From Crocinitomicaceae bacterium (lineage in GTDB: Bacteria > Bacteroidota > Bacteroidia > Flavobacteriales_D > Crocinitomicaceae), in the NCBI GenBank assembly GCA_040880585.1, contig JBBDID010000061.1:95-64094 (forward strand): a stretch of 64,000 nt of DNA, given 5' to 3'. The position numbers and the translations under genes are program-made. Each line of letters opens with the position of its first letter. Within the stretch, counting starts at the first letter, position 1. Positions 26,843-34,990 of the stretch are shown one piece after another. The notes beneath the pieces are model-generated. The model was not told the origin of the DNA. It was given only the letters and a program-made list of their open reading frames with translations, and did no database searches.

Positions 26843-27793
26843 ATGCCTGTAAAGAACGCATCCGACTTTTTGGAGGAATGTTTAGATTCTATATTGAATC
26901 AAAGTTTTGAAAATTGGGAATTGATTGCAGTGGATGATCATTCTGAAGACCATTCTTCTACAATTTTGGATGCTTACAGTGTGAAAGATTCCAGGATAAA
27001 ATGGTTAAAAAATGAAGGAGACGGTATCATTTCGGCTTTGCAAACTGCTTTTGAATCCTCATCAGGAAGCTTTATTTCCCGGATGGATGCAGATGATCTA
27101 ATGCCGGTTAATAAGTTGCTTACTTTGTATAAAGGCTTGCGCCGAAGAGAAAAAGTAGTGGTGACGGCTCAGGTGAGATATTTTTCTGAGAACGAAGTTT
27201 CAGAGGGGTATAGAAGGTACGAAAACTGGTTGAATGAGGTGGTAAGGGATCATTCTTTTAAGGATTATCTCTATCGGGAATGTGTGATTGCTTCTCCAAA
27301 CTGGATGGTTCACCGCCATTGTTTTGAAAAATATTTTCGTTTTTCTTCGCTCAATTATCCGGAGGATTATGACATGGTTTTTCAGTGGGTAAAAGCAGGA
27401 TATAAACTAGAAGGGATTGAAGCGATTACGCATCTCTGGCGGGAACATCCCAAGAGAACATCCCGGAATTCAGACATTTACCAACAGGCATCATTTTTTC
27501 GATTAAAAACAACTTACTTTTTAGCTTTTCACAAAGAAAATAAAGATGAGATTCAACTCATAGGCAGTAGTAAAAAAGCAAAATTAGTAGCCGAGTTGTT
27601 GCGTGAAAAAGATGTCGATTTCCGTTGTTTTGACCTGAACACTTCAAAAGATCAGGTTCATTCTGTTCATGAATTAAAACCGCAATTAAGTATTTTAACC
27701 AATTGGCCTTTAGCGGTAGAAGAACAAGAAACCATCACTTCTTTTTTAGCAAGTAAGGGGCTTATTTTTGGCAAAAACCTATGGTTATTTTAG
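26843..27793 (+). CDS. Glycosyltransferase family 2 (N-terminus probably extends upstream to about 26813)
   Basis: LMPVKNASDFLEECLDSILNQSF, AVDDHSED and RMDADD motifs. The in-frame codons upstream of the first ATG encode the expected beta-1 strand (see findings). Confidence 0.8.
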   Translation: MPVKNASDFLEECLDSILNQSFENWELIAVDDHSEDHSSTILDAYSVKDSRIKWLKNEGDGIISALQTAFESSSGSFISRMDADDLMPVNKLLTLYKGLRRREKVVVTAQVRYFSENEVSEGYRRYENWLNEVVRDHSFKDYLYRECVIASPNWMVHRHCFEKYFRFSSLNYPEDYDMVFQWVKAGYKLEGIEAITHLWREHPKRTSRNSDIYQQASFFRLKTTYFLAFHKENKDEIQLIGSSKKAKLVAELLREKDVDFRCFDLNTSKDQVHSVHELKPQLSILTNWPLAVEEQETITSFLASKGLIFGKNLWLF

Positions 27794-28576
27794 CTGAAAT
27801 ACACGAACTCCCGCTTCTTGGGGTTTACTAGGTGGTGCTTTATCAAAAAGTCCATAGATGGTAGACCCGGAACCTGTCATAGCGGTGTAAAATGCCCCTT
27901 CTTCTTTCAGTTCTTGTTTGATTTTTTTTAATTCAGGATACTGTGAGAGCGTCATTTCTTCAAAATCGTTTCCAACCTCATTCAACCATTTTTCATCCAG
28001 TAATTTAGGAGGTGTCGGTAAGGTTTTATTTGAAGGTGTGATCTGACTAAAAGCTTCTTGAGTGGAAATATGGATGTTGGGATGAATCAGTTTTATAAAA
28101 TGGGCAGAGAGCTTACTGTCAATCGGCTCGATTTTTTCTCCCCTTCCACGAACCCTTGCCGGTTGATTGTAGATAAAGAAAGGACAATCACTGCCTAATT
28201 GCAGGGCCATGTCTGCCAGTTCATCAAGAGAGAGTTGCAGATCAAACAATTGATTCAATCCCTTCAAACAAAAGGCCGCATCAGAAGACCCCCCACCCAG
28301 TCCGGCACCTAGTGGAATTTGTTTGTGTAAATGAATGTGAACAGGAGGCAGCTGAAAGGTAGCTTTCATTTTTTCATACGCCTTGACAACAAGATTGTCA
28401 GCAGGGTTGATGGGAATCCCTGAATGAGTAAAGCGTTCTTTAGAAGAGGGGACAATTTCCAGTACATCACACCAGGGGATGGGATAGAAAACACTGTCAA
28501 TGGAATGGTATCCATCTGCACGTTTGTTGAATACGTAAAGCGCCAGGTTAATTTTTGCATTAGGATAAAGTATCAT
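27785..28576 (-). CDS. ispE: 4-diphosphocytidyl-2-C-methyl-D-erythritol kinase
   Basis: 263 aa with AKINLALYV..KRADGYH and the GHMP-kinase motif GAGLGGGSSDAA. Confidence 0.9.
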   Translation of the reverse strand: MILYPNAKINLALYVFNKRADGYHSIDSVFYPIPWCDVLEIVPSSKERFTHSGIPINPADNLVVKAYEKMKATFQLPPVHIHLHKQIPLGAGLGGGSSDAAFCLKGLNQLFDLQLSLDELADMALQLGSDCPFFIYNQPARVRGRGEKIEPIDSKLSAHFIKLIHPNIHISTQEAFSQITPSNKTLPTPPKLLDEKWLNEVGNDFEEMTLSQYPELKKIKQELKEEGAFYTAMTGSGSTIYGLFDKAPPSKPQEAGVRVFQLK

Positions 28577-28645
28577 CTAAACAGTTTGTTGCGAAGATAA
28601 GGGCAAAAAAAGGAATCGCTCTTAATCCTTCTGATGAAAAAAGTT

Positions 28646-28653
28646 TAAATTTG
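28646..28653 (+). promoter_or_regulatory. Putative -7 box (TAAATTTG) for accA
   Basis: Matches TAnnTTTG 45 nt upstream of the ATG. Confidence 0.3.
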
Positions 28654-28697
28654 CCCCCCAACTCAATTTAGTTTAAATAATAGAAAATAGAAGTTGC

Positions 28698-29657
28698 ATG
28701 ACGAATTATTTAGAATTTGAAGAACCTATTGCGAAAATAGACGAAGAAATTGAGAAAGCGAGAGAAATTGAAGCCAACAGTGGTGTCAACTCTTCAAAAA
28801 TGGTGAAAGATCTGGAGAAAAAACTCAAGTCTACTACCAAAGAAATTTTCGCAAAATTAACCCCCTGGCAACGGGTTCAACTTTCACGACATCCGGACAG
28901 ACCTTACACCTTAGACTATATTAAGGCACTGACCAACGGTACTTTTATTGAACTGCATGGAGATCGAAATGTAAAAGATGACAAGGCAATGGTAGGTGGC
29001 TTTGGAGATATGGACGGACAAACGGTCATGTTTGTAGGACAGCAAAAAGGAGTAAACACCAAAATGCGGCAATACAGGAATTTTGGAATGCCAAATCCTG
29101 AGGGGTACAGAAAAGCACTCAGATTGTTCAGACTGGCTGAAAAATTTAATAAACCCATTGTTACTTTAATTGACACTCCGGGTGCATTTCCAGGCTTAGA
29201 AGCTGAAGAACGGGGACAGGGAGAAGCCATTGCAAGGAATATATATGAAATGATGAATCTCAAAGTGCCCGTGATTTGTATCATTATTGGTGAGGGAGCC
29301 TCAGGTGGAGCTTTAGGAATTGGAGTGGGAGACCGGGTAATCATGCTAGAGAACTCATGGTATTCTGTGATTTCTCCTGAAAACTGTTCTACCATTCTTT
29401 GGAGAAGTTGGGATTATAAAGAACAAGCTGCTGAAGCATTGAAATTGACTTCAACGGATATGAAATCACTTAAAATTGTTGATGAAGTGATCAATGAACC
29501 TGTTGGAGGTGCTCACCGTTTCAGAGAAGAAACATTTGAAAATGTCAAAAATTCCATTCAAAAAAATCTGGAAAAATTGAAAAAAATGGATCCAAATGAA
29601 CGGGTGGAAAAAAGGATTGAAAAATTCTGTGAAATGGGAGTTTACAAAGGAAAATAA
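28698..29657 (+). CDS. accA: Acetyl-CoA carboxylase carboxyltransferase subunit alpha
   Basis: 319 aa with [22 protein letters not shown] and [10 protein letters not shown] motifs. Confidence 0.95.
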   Translation: MTNYLEFEEPIAKIDEEIEKAREIEANSGVNSSKMVKDLEKKLKSTTKEIFAKLTPWQRVQLSRHPDRPYTLDYIKALTNGTFIELHGDRNVKDDKAMVGGFGDMDGQTVMFVGQQKGVNTKMRQYRNFGMPNPEGYRKALRLFRLAEKFNKPIVTLIDTPGAFPGLEAEERGQGEAIARNIYEMMNLKVPVICIIIGEGASGGALGIGVGDRVIMLENSWYSVISPENCSTILWRSWDYKEQAAEALKLTSTDMKSLKIVDEVINEPVGGAHRFREETFENVKNSIQKNLEKLKKMDPNERVEKRIEKFCEMGVYKGK

Positions 29658-29679
29658 TCAAATTTAGAGAGCAGTACAC

Positions 29680-30399
29680 ATGATCGGCGCAGACTTTGAT
29701 AAGATTCAATTCGTGCTATTCGGATTGGAACTCGTAGAACCCATGGCATTGATTACAGATGTTATCATGGGGACTATCAGCATTATTTTGGGGTTTAAAA
29801 TTAGAAAATTCAATGCAGCACACCCTTTTTATCAATATTGGATGTGGTTTTTTCTGATTTTTGGAATCGGTGCATTTTACGGTGGATTTGCGCATACATT
29901 CTACAATTATTGGGGATTTGTGGGCAAGATCCCTACCTGGCTTGCAGGTCCGGTTTCAGTATATTGTCTGGAGCAGGCTATGATTTCGGTTTATCCCAAA
30001 GAAAAAACATTTGTTTGGTTGAAGACCATCTCTTTTTGGAAGTTCATTTTTGTGATTACCACATGGATCCTTCTCTTGTCTCTCTATGATATTGAGAAAA
30101 AACCGTCAATGGGATTCTTACCGATTGCTATCAATACGATTGTTGGCGTCAGCTTAACGGCAGGTGTTTTAGGATTTTATTATTTCAAGAAAAAGATATC
30201 ACCTTACTATAAATACATAGCGTTGGGCGTGCTAATTATGATTCCTTCTGCCTTTGTGTTTTTGCTAAAAATCAACCTGCATCCCTTGTTTGATAAAAAT
30301 GACTTGAGCCATGTCTTGTTGACGGTAGGAATCATTTACTTCTATATAGGTATTAAACGCTTATATGAGAGCAATTCCATCAAGGATGATTATCTTTAA
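29680..30399 (+). CDS. Hypothetical multi-pass membrane protein
   Basis: 239 aa with about 7 hydrophobic helices and no catalytic motif recognised. Confidence 0.6.
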   Translation: MIGADFDKIQFVLFGLELVEPMALITDVIMGTISIILGFKIRKFNAAHPFYQYWMWFFLIFGIGAFYGGFAHTFYNYWGFVGKIPTWLAGPVSVYCLEQAMISVYPKEKTFVWLKTISFWKFIFVITTWILLLSLYDIEKKPSMGFLPIAINTIVGVSLTAGVLGFYYFKKKISPYYKYIALGVLIMIPSAFVFLLKINLHPLFDKNDLSHVLLTVGIIYFYIGIKRLYESNSIKDDYL

Positions 30400-30402
30400 A
30401 TC

Positions 30403-31005
30403 ATGATTTATTCATTTAAAGGATTCACACCTGTTGTAGATGAGAGCGCTTTTGTACATCCTCAGGCTACGGTTACGGGAAATGTGATAATCGGAAAAAA
30501 CGTCTATATCGGCCCGTCTTGTGCTTTAAGGGGGGATTGGGGAGAAATCATTATTGAAGACGGCTGTAATGTGCAGGAAAACTGCACCGTTCACATGTTT
30601 CCCGGAAAATCTATTCGTTTACAGAAAGGAGCGCATGTAGGTCATGGTGCGATTATTCATGGCGCTAATTTGGGAAAAAATTGCTTGATCGGTATGAATG
30701 CTGTCCTTATGGATGATGTTGAAATTGGAGATGAATCGATTGTTGGCGCTTTATCATTTATTCCGGCTGGCACCATTATCCCAAAAAGAAGTTTGGTGGT
30801 GGGAAATCCGGGGAAAATTATCAAAAAAGTGACTGATGAGATGATGGAGTGGAAGACAAAAGGAACCCGATTGTATCAAATGCTTCCGGCAGAATGTCAT
30901 TCAACACTGAAAGAAACAGAACCGCTTCGTGCTATTGAAAAAAATCGCCCAAAACAAGAATCGCTTTATGCTACCTGGGAATCGATAAAAAAGGGCAAAG
31001 AGTAA
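30403..31005 (+). CDS. Left-handed beta-helix (hexapeptide) protein, gamma-carbonic-anhydrase/PaaY-like
   Basis: 200 aa with hexapeptide repeats (IGKNVYIGPSCALRGD..., VGHGAIIHGANLG) and a C-terminal helical extension as in PaaY. Confidence 0.7.
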   Translation: MIYSFKGFTPVVDESAFVHPQATVTGNVIIGKNVYIGPSCALRGDWGEIIIEDGCNVQENCTVHMFPGKSIRLQKGAHVGHGAIIHGANLGKNCLIGMNAVLMDDVEIGDESIVGALSFIPAGTIIPKRSLVVGNPGKIIKKVTDEMMEWKTKGTRLYQMLPAECHSTLKETEPLRAIEKNRPKQESLYATWESIKKGKE

Positions 31006-31032
31006 CTCATTGCAGCGTTTTACAAAAAAGGG

Positions 31033-31064
31033 TTTGACGCCTGCTTTAAAAAAGCGTACCTTTG
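31033..31064 (+). promoter_or_regulatory. Putative Bacteroidota promoter (-33 TTTG, -7 TACCTTTG)
   Basis: TTTG at 31033-31036 and TACCTTTG at 31057-31064, 20 nt apart. The promoter overlaps the TTG at 31062, which argues that the real start is the ATG at 31095. Confidence 0.45.
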
Positions 31065-31094
31065 AGAAACTGCGATTTATCCGATAAATACTTT

Positions 31095-33437
31095 ATGCGA
31101 ATAGTATTTTTACTTTTTTTTACTTTACCCTTGATGCTACAGGCTCAGCTAAACATGAGTCAGTTGGGTTTTTTGGATATTCCTGATGCACACGCAACAA
31201 AAGGCAATGATGTTTGGGGATATGAAGATGAAGCGGGGAATGAATATGCTATGGTTGGAACAGAAGACGGCGTGAGTGTGGTAGACGTTACCGATCCGGC
31301 AAACCCGGTGGAGTTAAGTTGGATCACTGGAATGAATTCTATATGGAGAGACATAAAAGTATATGATGATTACGCCTACGTCACAACAGAAGCCAGCCAA
31401 GGCCTACAAATTATAGACCTCTCTCCCTTACCCGGTAGCAGCAGTCTTCCCGTCTCAACCTATAATGGTCCTTCAGGAAGCGAATGGTTATCTGCCCATA
31501 ACCTTTATATAGACAATGGTTTTCTCTATATTTTTGGTGCCGGAAGAGGAAATGGAGGAGTAATCATACTGGATGTAGCTACGGATCCGTTAAACCCAAT
31601 AGAAGTAGGCGTTTTTGATAATTGGTACGCACATGACGGTTATGTTTTGAATGATACCGGCTATTTTGCACATATCTATGACGGATTTTTCTCTATTGTT
31701 GACCTAACCGATAAATCATCTCCCGTTCTTTTAGGTACAGCAAGTTCACCCGATTTATACTGTCACAATATCTGGACAACGGCAGATGGAAATTATGCAT
31801 TTACAACGGATGAAATTGCAGGAGGACACTTAGGTGCATACAACATTTCTGATCCCGCTAATATTCAGTTTTTAGATAAAATACGCTCGTCTCCAACACA
31901 ATCAATTGTACCACATAATACCCATGTGCTGGGCAATTATATCATTACATCCTATTACACAGACGGGGTGCTGATACATGATGTTACACACCCTCATAAT
32001 ATGGTAGAAGTAGGTAATTTTGACACCTCTCCCTTGAGTTCGTCAAACACATCAGGTTGTTGGGGAGTTTATCCTTTTTTATCATCCGGAAACATACTCG
32101 CCACGGATAGGGAAGAGGGTCTCTTTGTTCTTTCTGTAGATTATGTGCAAGGGGCATATCTTGAGGGAAATATTACCGAACAAGGAAGCGGAAATCCACT
32201 AAATGATGTAGAGATTAGCCTGGAAGGAACCACCATTACTGATTATTCTTCTGTAGTAGGAGATTATGCAACAGGAACGATCAATACCGGAACTGTAGAC
32301 GTCACTTATTTTAAAGTGCTTTATTATCCACAGACCATTTCAACAATTTTATCCACAGGAAACGTCTTGATTCAGGATGTGGTGCTTCAGAAAATTCCAC
32401 AGTATTCTGTCACCGTTCAGGTATTGGAAGCGCAATCTCTCAATCCTATTGAAAATGCTCAGGTTTCTATGAATCACACCTATATAAATCATGAGGGGGT
32501 AACAGATGTGAATGGAGAAGTGGTGTTGGATCTTTATTATCAGGATTATTATGACATTACTGCCGGCAAATGGGGATTCGTTTCAGAATGTTTTATGGAT
32601 TCATTGGTAATCAGTTCAACAGGAACAATTGTCATCTATTTAGAAGAAGGTATTTATGATGATTTTTCGTTGGATTTTGGATGGTCGGTTTTTGGAGATG
32701 CAGAAAAGGGAATGTGGGAGCGGGAAAAACCGGTAGGAATTGAGTTAAATGGAGTGGTAGAAGCACCTTTTTATGACAGTGACTGGGACTGTGGTGAAAT
32801 GGCTTTTTTAACCGGTAATGGCACGCAATCTCCTCAGACAGATGATGTTTATAATGGAGAAACCGTTTTAATGTCCCCTGTTTTTAACCTTACTGCTTTT
32901 ACAGACCCACACATTAATTTTAGTGCTTTCTATTATAATCTTCACGGTCCTTTTTATCCAAATGACACCTTATTTTTCAGCTTATTTAATGGAAGTCAAA
33001 CGGTGAATATTGCAAAAATTCATAAGGATAATACCGTGATGAATGTGTGGTCAAACTACTCAGTACCGGTAAATGGACTCATTCCCCTTACGTCAAATAT
33101 GCAACTCATTGTACGCATTAGTGATTATCCGGCTACCCTTAATATCACAGAAGCAGCATTTGATTATTTTTTTATTACTGATTTTTCGGTCAGTCATCTT
33201 CCTGAAGAGACTAAAACTGAAATAACGTTTTACCCCAACCCATTTTATGATCAATTTACTGTGTCAGGGATTTTGGATGGAGAGATAGAAGTCTATGACT
33301 TAAGTGGGCGACGCCTTGCTCAACAAAAGATAGGCAGTCAAAATGACTTTTCTAATTTAGAATCCGGGACTTATCTTTTTGTTTTTAAAGATATAAGTGG
33401 TAATATTGTAGCGACTTCAAAAGGCATTAAACAATGA
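31095..33437 (+). CDS. Secreted LVIVD-repeat / choice-of-anchor-B-like protein with T9SS C-terminal sorting domain
   Basis: Signal peptide MRIVFLLFFTLPLMLQAQ. N-terminal NDVWGYEDEAGNEYAMVGTEDGVSVVDVTDPANP pattern. C-terminal FYPNPFYDQFTV...GTYLFVFKD is typical of a T9SS type A CTD. Confidence 0.7.
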   Translation: MRIVFLLFFTLPLMLQAQLNMSQLGFLDIPDAHATKGNDVWGYEDEAGNEYAMVGTEDGVSVVDVTDPANPVELSWITGMNSIWRDIKVYDDYAYVTTEASQGLQIIDLSPLPGSSSLPVSTYNGPSGSEWLSAHNLYIDNGFLYIFGAGRGNGGVIILDVATDPLNPIEVGVFDNWYAHDGYVLNDTGYFAHIYDGFFSIVDLTDKSSPVLLGTASSPDLYCHNIWTTADGNYAFTTDEIAGGHLGAYNISDPANIQFLDKIRSSPTQSIVPHNTHVLGNYIITSYYTDGVLIHDVTHPHNMVEVGNFDTSPLSSSNTSGCWGVYPFLSSGNILATDREEGLFVLSVDYVQGAYLEGNITEQGSGNPLNDVEISLEGTTITDYSSVVGDYATGTINTGTVDVTYFKVLYYPQTISTILSTGNVLIQDVVLQKIPQYSVTVQVLEAQSLNPIENAQVSMNHTYINHEGVTDVNGEVVLDLYYQDYYDITAGKWGFVSECFMDSLVISSTGTIVIYLEEGIYDDFSLDFGWSVFGDAEKGMWEREKPVGIELNGVVEAPFYDSDWDCGEMAFLTGNGTQSPQTDDVYNGETVLMSPVFNLTAFTDPHINFSAFYYNLHGPFYPNDTLFFSLFNGSQTVNIAKIHKDNTVMNVWSNYSVPVNGLIPLTSNMQLIVRISDYPATLNITEAAFDYFFITDFSVSHLPEETKTEITFYPNPFYDQFTVSGILDGEIEVYDLSGRRLAQQKIGSQNDFSNLESGTYLFVFKDISGNIVATSKGIKQ

Positions 33438-33562
33438 AATTTTTAATTTCTATCTTATTTGCTCTTGTGACTTTAGTTTCTTGCTCTAATGATGAGCAGA
33501 GAGAAGAGACATCTTCAGAAAATAGTGAGCCGAAAAAAATAAACCCTATCTTCTATTTGTAA
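33434..33562 (+). CDS. Small (42-aa) putative lipoprotein, below the ORF-track length cutoff
   Basis: The ATG overlaps the upstream TGA (ATGA). It encodes MKFLISILFALVTLVSC followed by an acidic tail, giving a lipobox LVSC. There is no other support. Confidence 0.4.
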   Translation: MKFLISILFALVTLVSCSNDEQREETSSENSEPKKINPIFYL

Positions 33563-33566
33563 GCAC

Positions 33567-34112
33567 ATGTTCAAAAATGTGATCTTTTTTTATCTGATTT
33601 TTCAACTCATTTCGTGTGGTTCCTCTGGGTCGGATGGTGGAATTGAACTGGTATCCGAAGATACAATAGCCGATTATCCACTCAATGAAGATCGCTTAAC
33701 GGCTGTAGAATTTAATAATGAGTTGACTCTAATGCAAGAAGATGCCATTCAGCAAATTACAGTCCTTTTTCAATCAGACACTGCTTCCGTTCAAAGGAAT
33801 TATGAAAACACCTTGTTTGAACTGGAAATCTACCAAAGTAACATCCGTGAAATGCAAAAAGAAGGTCTTGGAGAAGATTACCTTGATGAAATGCAAAAAC
33901 TGATCGCTTTTTATGAAACCGAGCTGAAAACAGGGTTTGTTGAAATACTCCCGCTATTGAAAAAAGCAAACTTAACGAATGAAGACTTGGATCGGCTTGA
34001 GGTATATGACAAAAATTTTGCAGCGAAAGAGAAAGCAGCATTTGAATCCGTTTTTCAAGCACAGGAAGCTTTTGCGGATACGCATAACATCAAGTTACAA
34101 GATCACCGTTAG
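33567..34112 (+). CDS. Hypothetical helical lipoprotein
   Basis: 181 aa with a lipobox (QLISC). The remainder is predicted helical or coiled. Confidence 0.6.
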   Translation: MFKNVIFFYLIFQLISCGSSGSDGGIELVSEDTIADYPLNEDRLTAVEFNNELTLMQEDAIQQITVLFQSDTASVQRNYENTLFELEIYQSNIREMQKEGLGEDYLDEMQKLIAFYETELKTGFVEILPLLKKANLTNEDLDRLEVYDKNFAAKEKAAFESVFQAQEAFADTHNIKLQDHR

Positions 34113-34114
34113 CA

Positions 34115-34990
34115 ATGAAAAATTTTTGGGTAATTTCTATATCAGTAGCGGTCTTGTTTGCGGCTACCTTTGTCTTTACAATTAGTATCAGCCAAAAACT
34201 GAATAACTATAAGAGTAAGAAAGAAGAAGTGGTGGCACTTTTACAATCAGATGCCCGTCTCGGAAATGTCTGGGAATGGATTCCCATATTCAGCCCTGCT
34301 GACCGAATTATGGAAGAAAAAAGGGCGTTGGAGAAAAAGGCAAACTTATACTATAATTCAGCGGTTCGGGATGGTTTAATATTATTTGCCGTAGTGGTTG
34401 TCTTCTTGCTTGTAAATAGTTGGTTTTACCGAAAAAAAGAATACAGTCATCAAATGATTGGTCTTGCGCTGGTGTCTTCCAGTCTTTGTTTTTTGTATTT
34501 AGGTTTACAGTCCCCTTTTCTTGAGATAGAAGCCTTTAAAGATGATTTTACAGTAAGTGCTGAATTGGCTGATTACGGATTATCTGACACCATCAAGGGG
34601 CGGATTTATTTTTTCTATCAGAATCACAATGTCATGGAGTTGATAAAATTGCTGTATACGGGGGGAAACTTCTTTGTTGCTATTTTACTTTTGACTTTCA
34701 GTGTTGTATTTCCAACGATTAAGTTAATTTCTTCGGTGGTTGTTTTTCTTTCTCCCGCTTCAGGATTTGCAAAAAATGCGGTTACCACGATCAACAAACT
34801 GGGAAAGTGGAGCATGGCAGATGTTTTTGTCGCCTCCATTTTTTTGGCGTATTTCTCTTTTTCCAATTCTAATCTGGGAATTGATACCGGATCAACCACT
34901 TTGATTGGCTTACATTTTTTTGTTGCTTTTGTGATCTTTTCCATCTTCTCGGGCATCTATCTGAAAAAGACAGTGATTGCTCAGCACTAA
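34115..34990 (+). CDS. PqiA-family (paraquat-inducible protein A-like) membrane protein, single-module
   Basis: 291 aa, multi-pass. It carries SVVFPTIKLISSVV and KLGKWSMADVFVASIFLAYF, resembling the PqiA WSMxDVF signature. Confidence 0.55.
   Translation: MKNFWVISISVAVLFAATFVFTISISQKLNNYKSKKEEVVALLQSDARLGNVWEWIPIFSPADRIMEEKRALEKKANLYYNSAVRDGLILFAVVVVFLLVNSWFYRKKEYSHQMIGLALVSSSLCFLYLGLQSPFLEIEAFKDDFTVSAELADYGLSDTIKGRIYFFYQNHNVMELIKLLYTGGNFFVAILLLTFSVVFPTIKLISSVVVFLSPASGFAKNAVTTINKLGKWSMADVFVASIFLAYFSFSNSNLGIDTGSTTLIGLHFFVAFVIFSIFSGIYLKKTVIAQH

Noticed and set aside
28916-29395. 159-aa antisense ORF inside accA, and similar antisense ORFs at 44534-45046, 51950-52525, 36260-36523 and 54892-58380
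   Set aside because: Each lies wholly within a longer ORF that has strong family motifs on the other strand. The ones in the propeller genes simply echo the blade periodicity.
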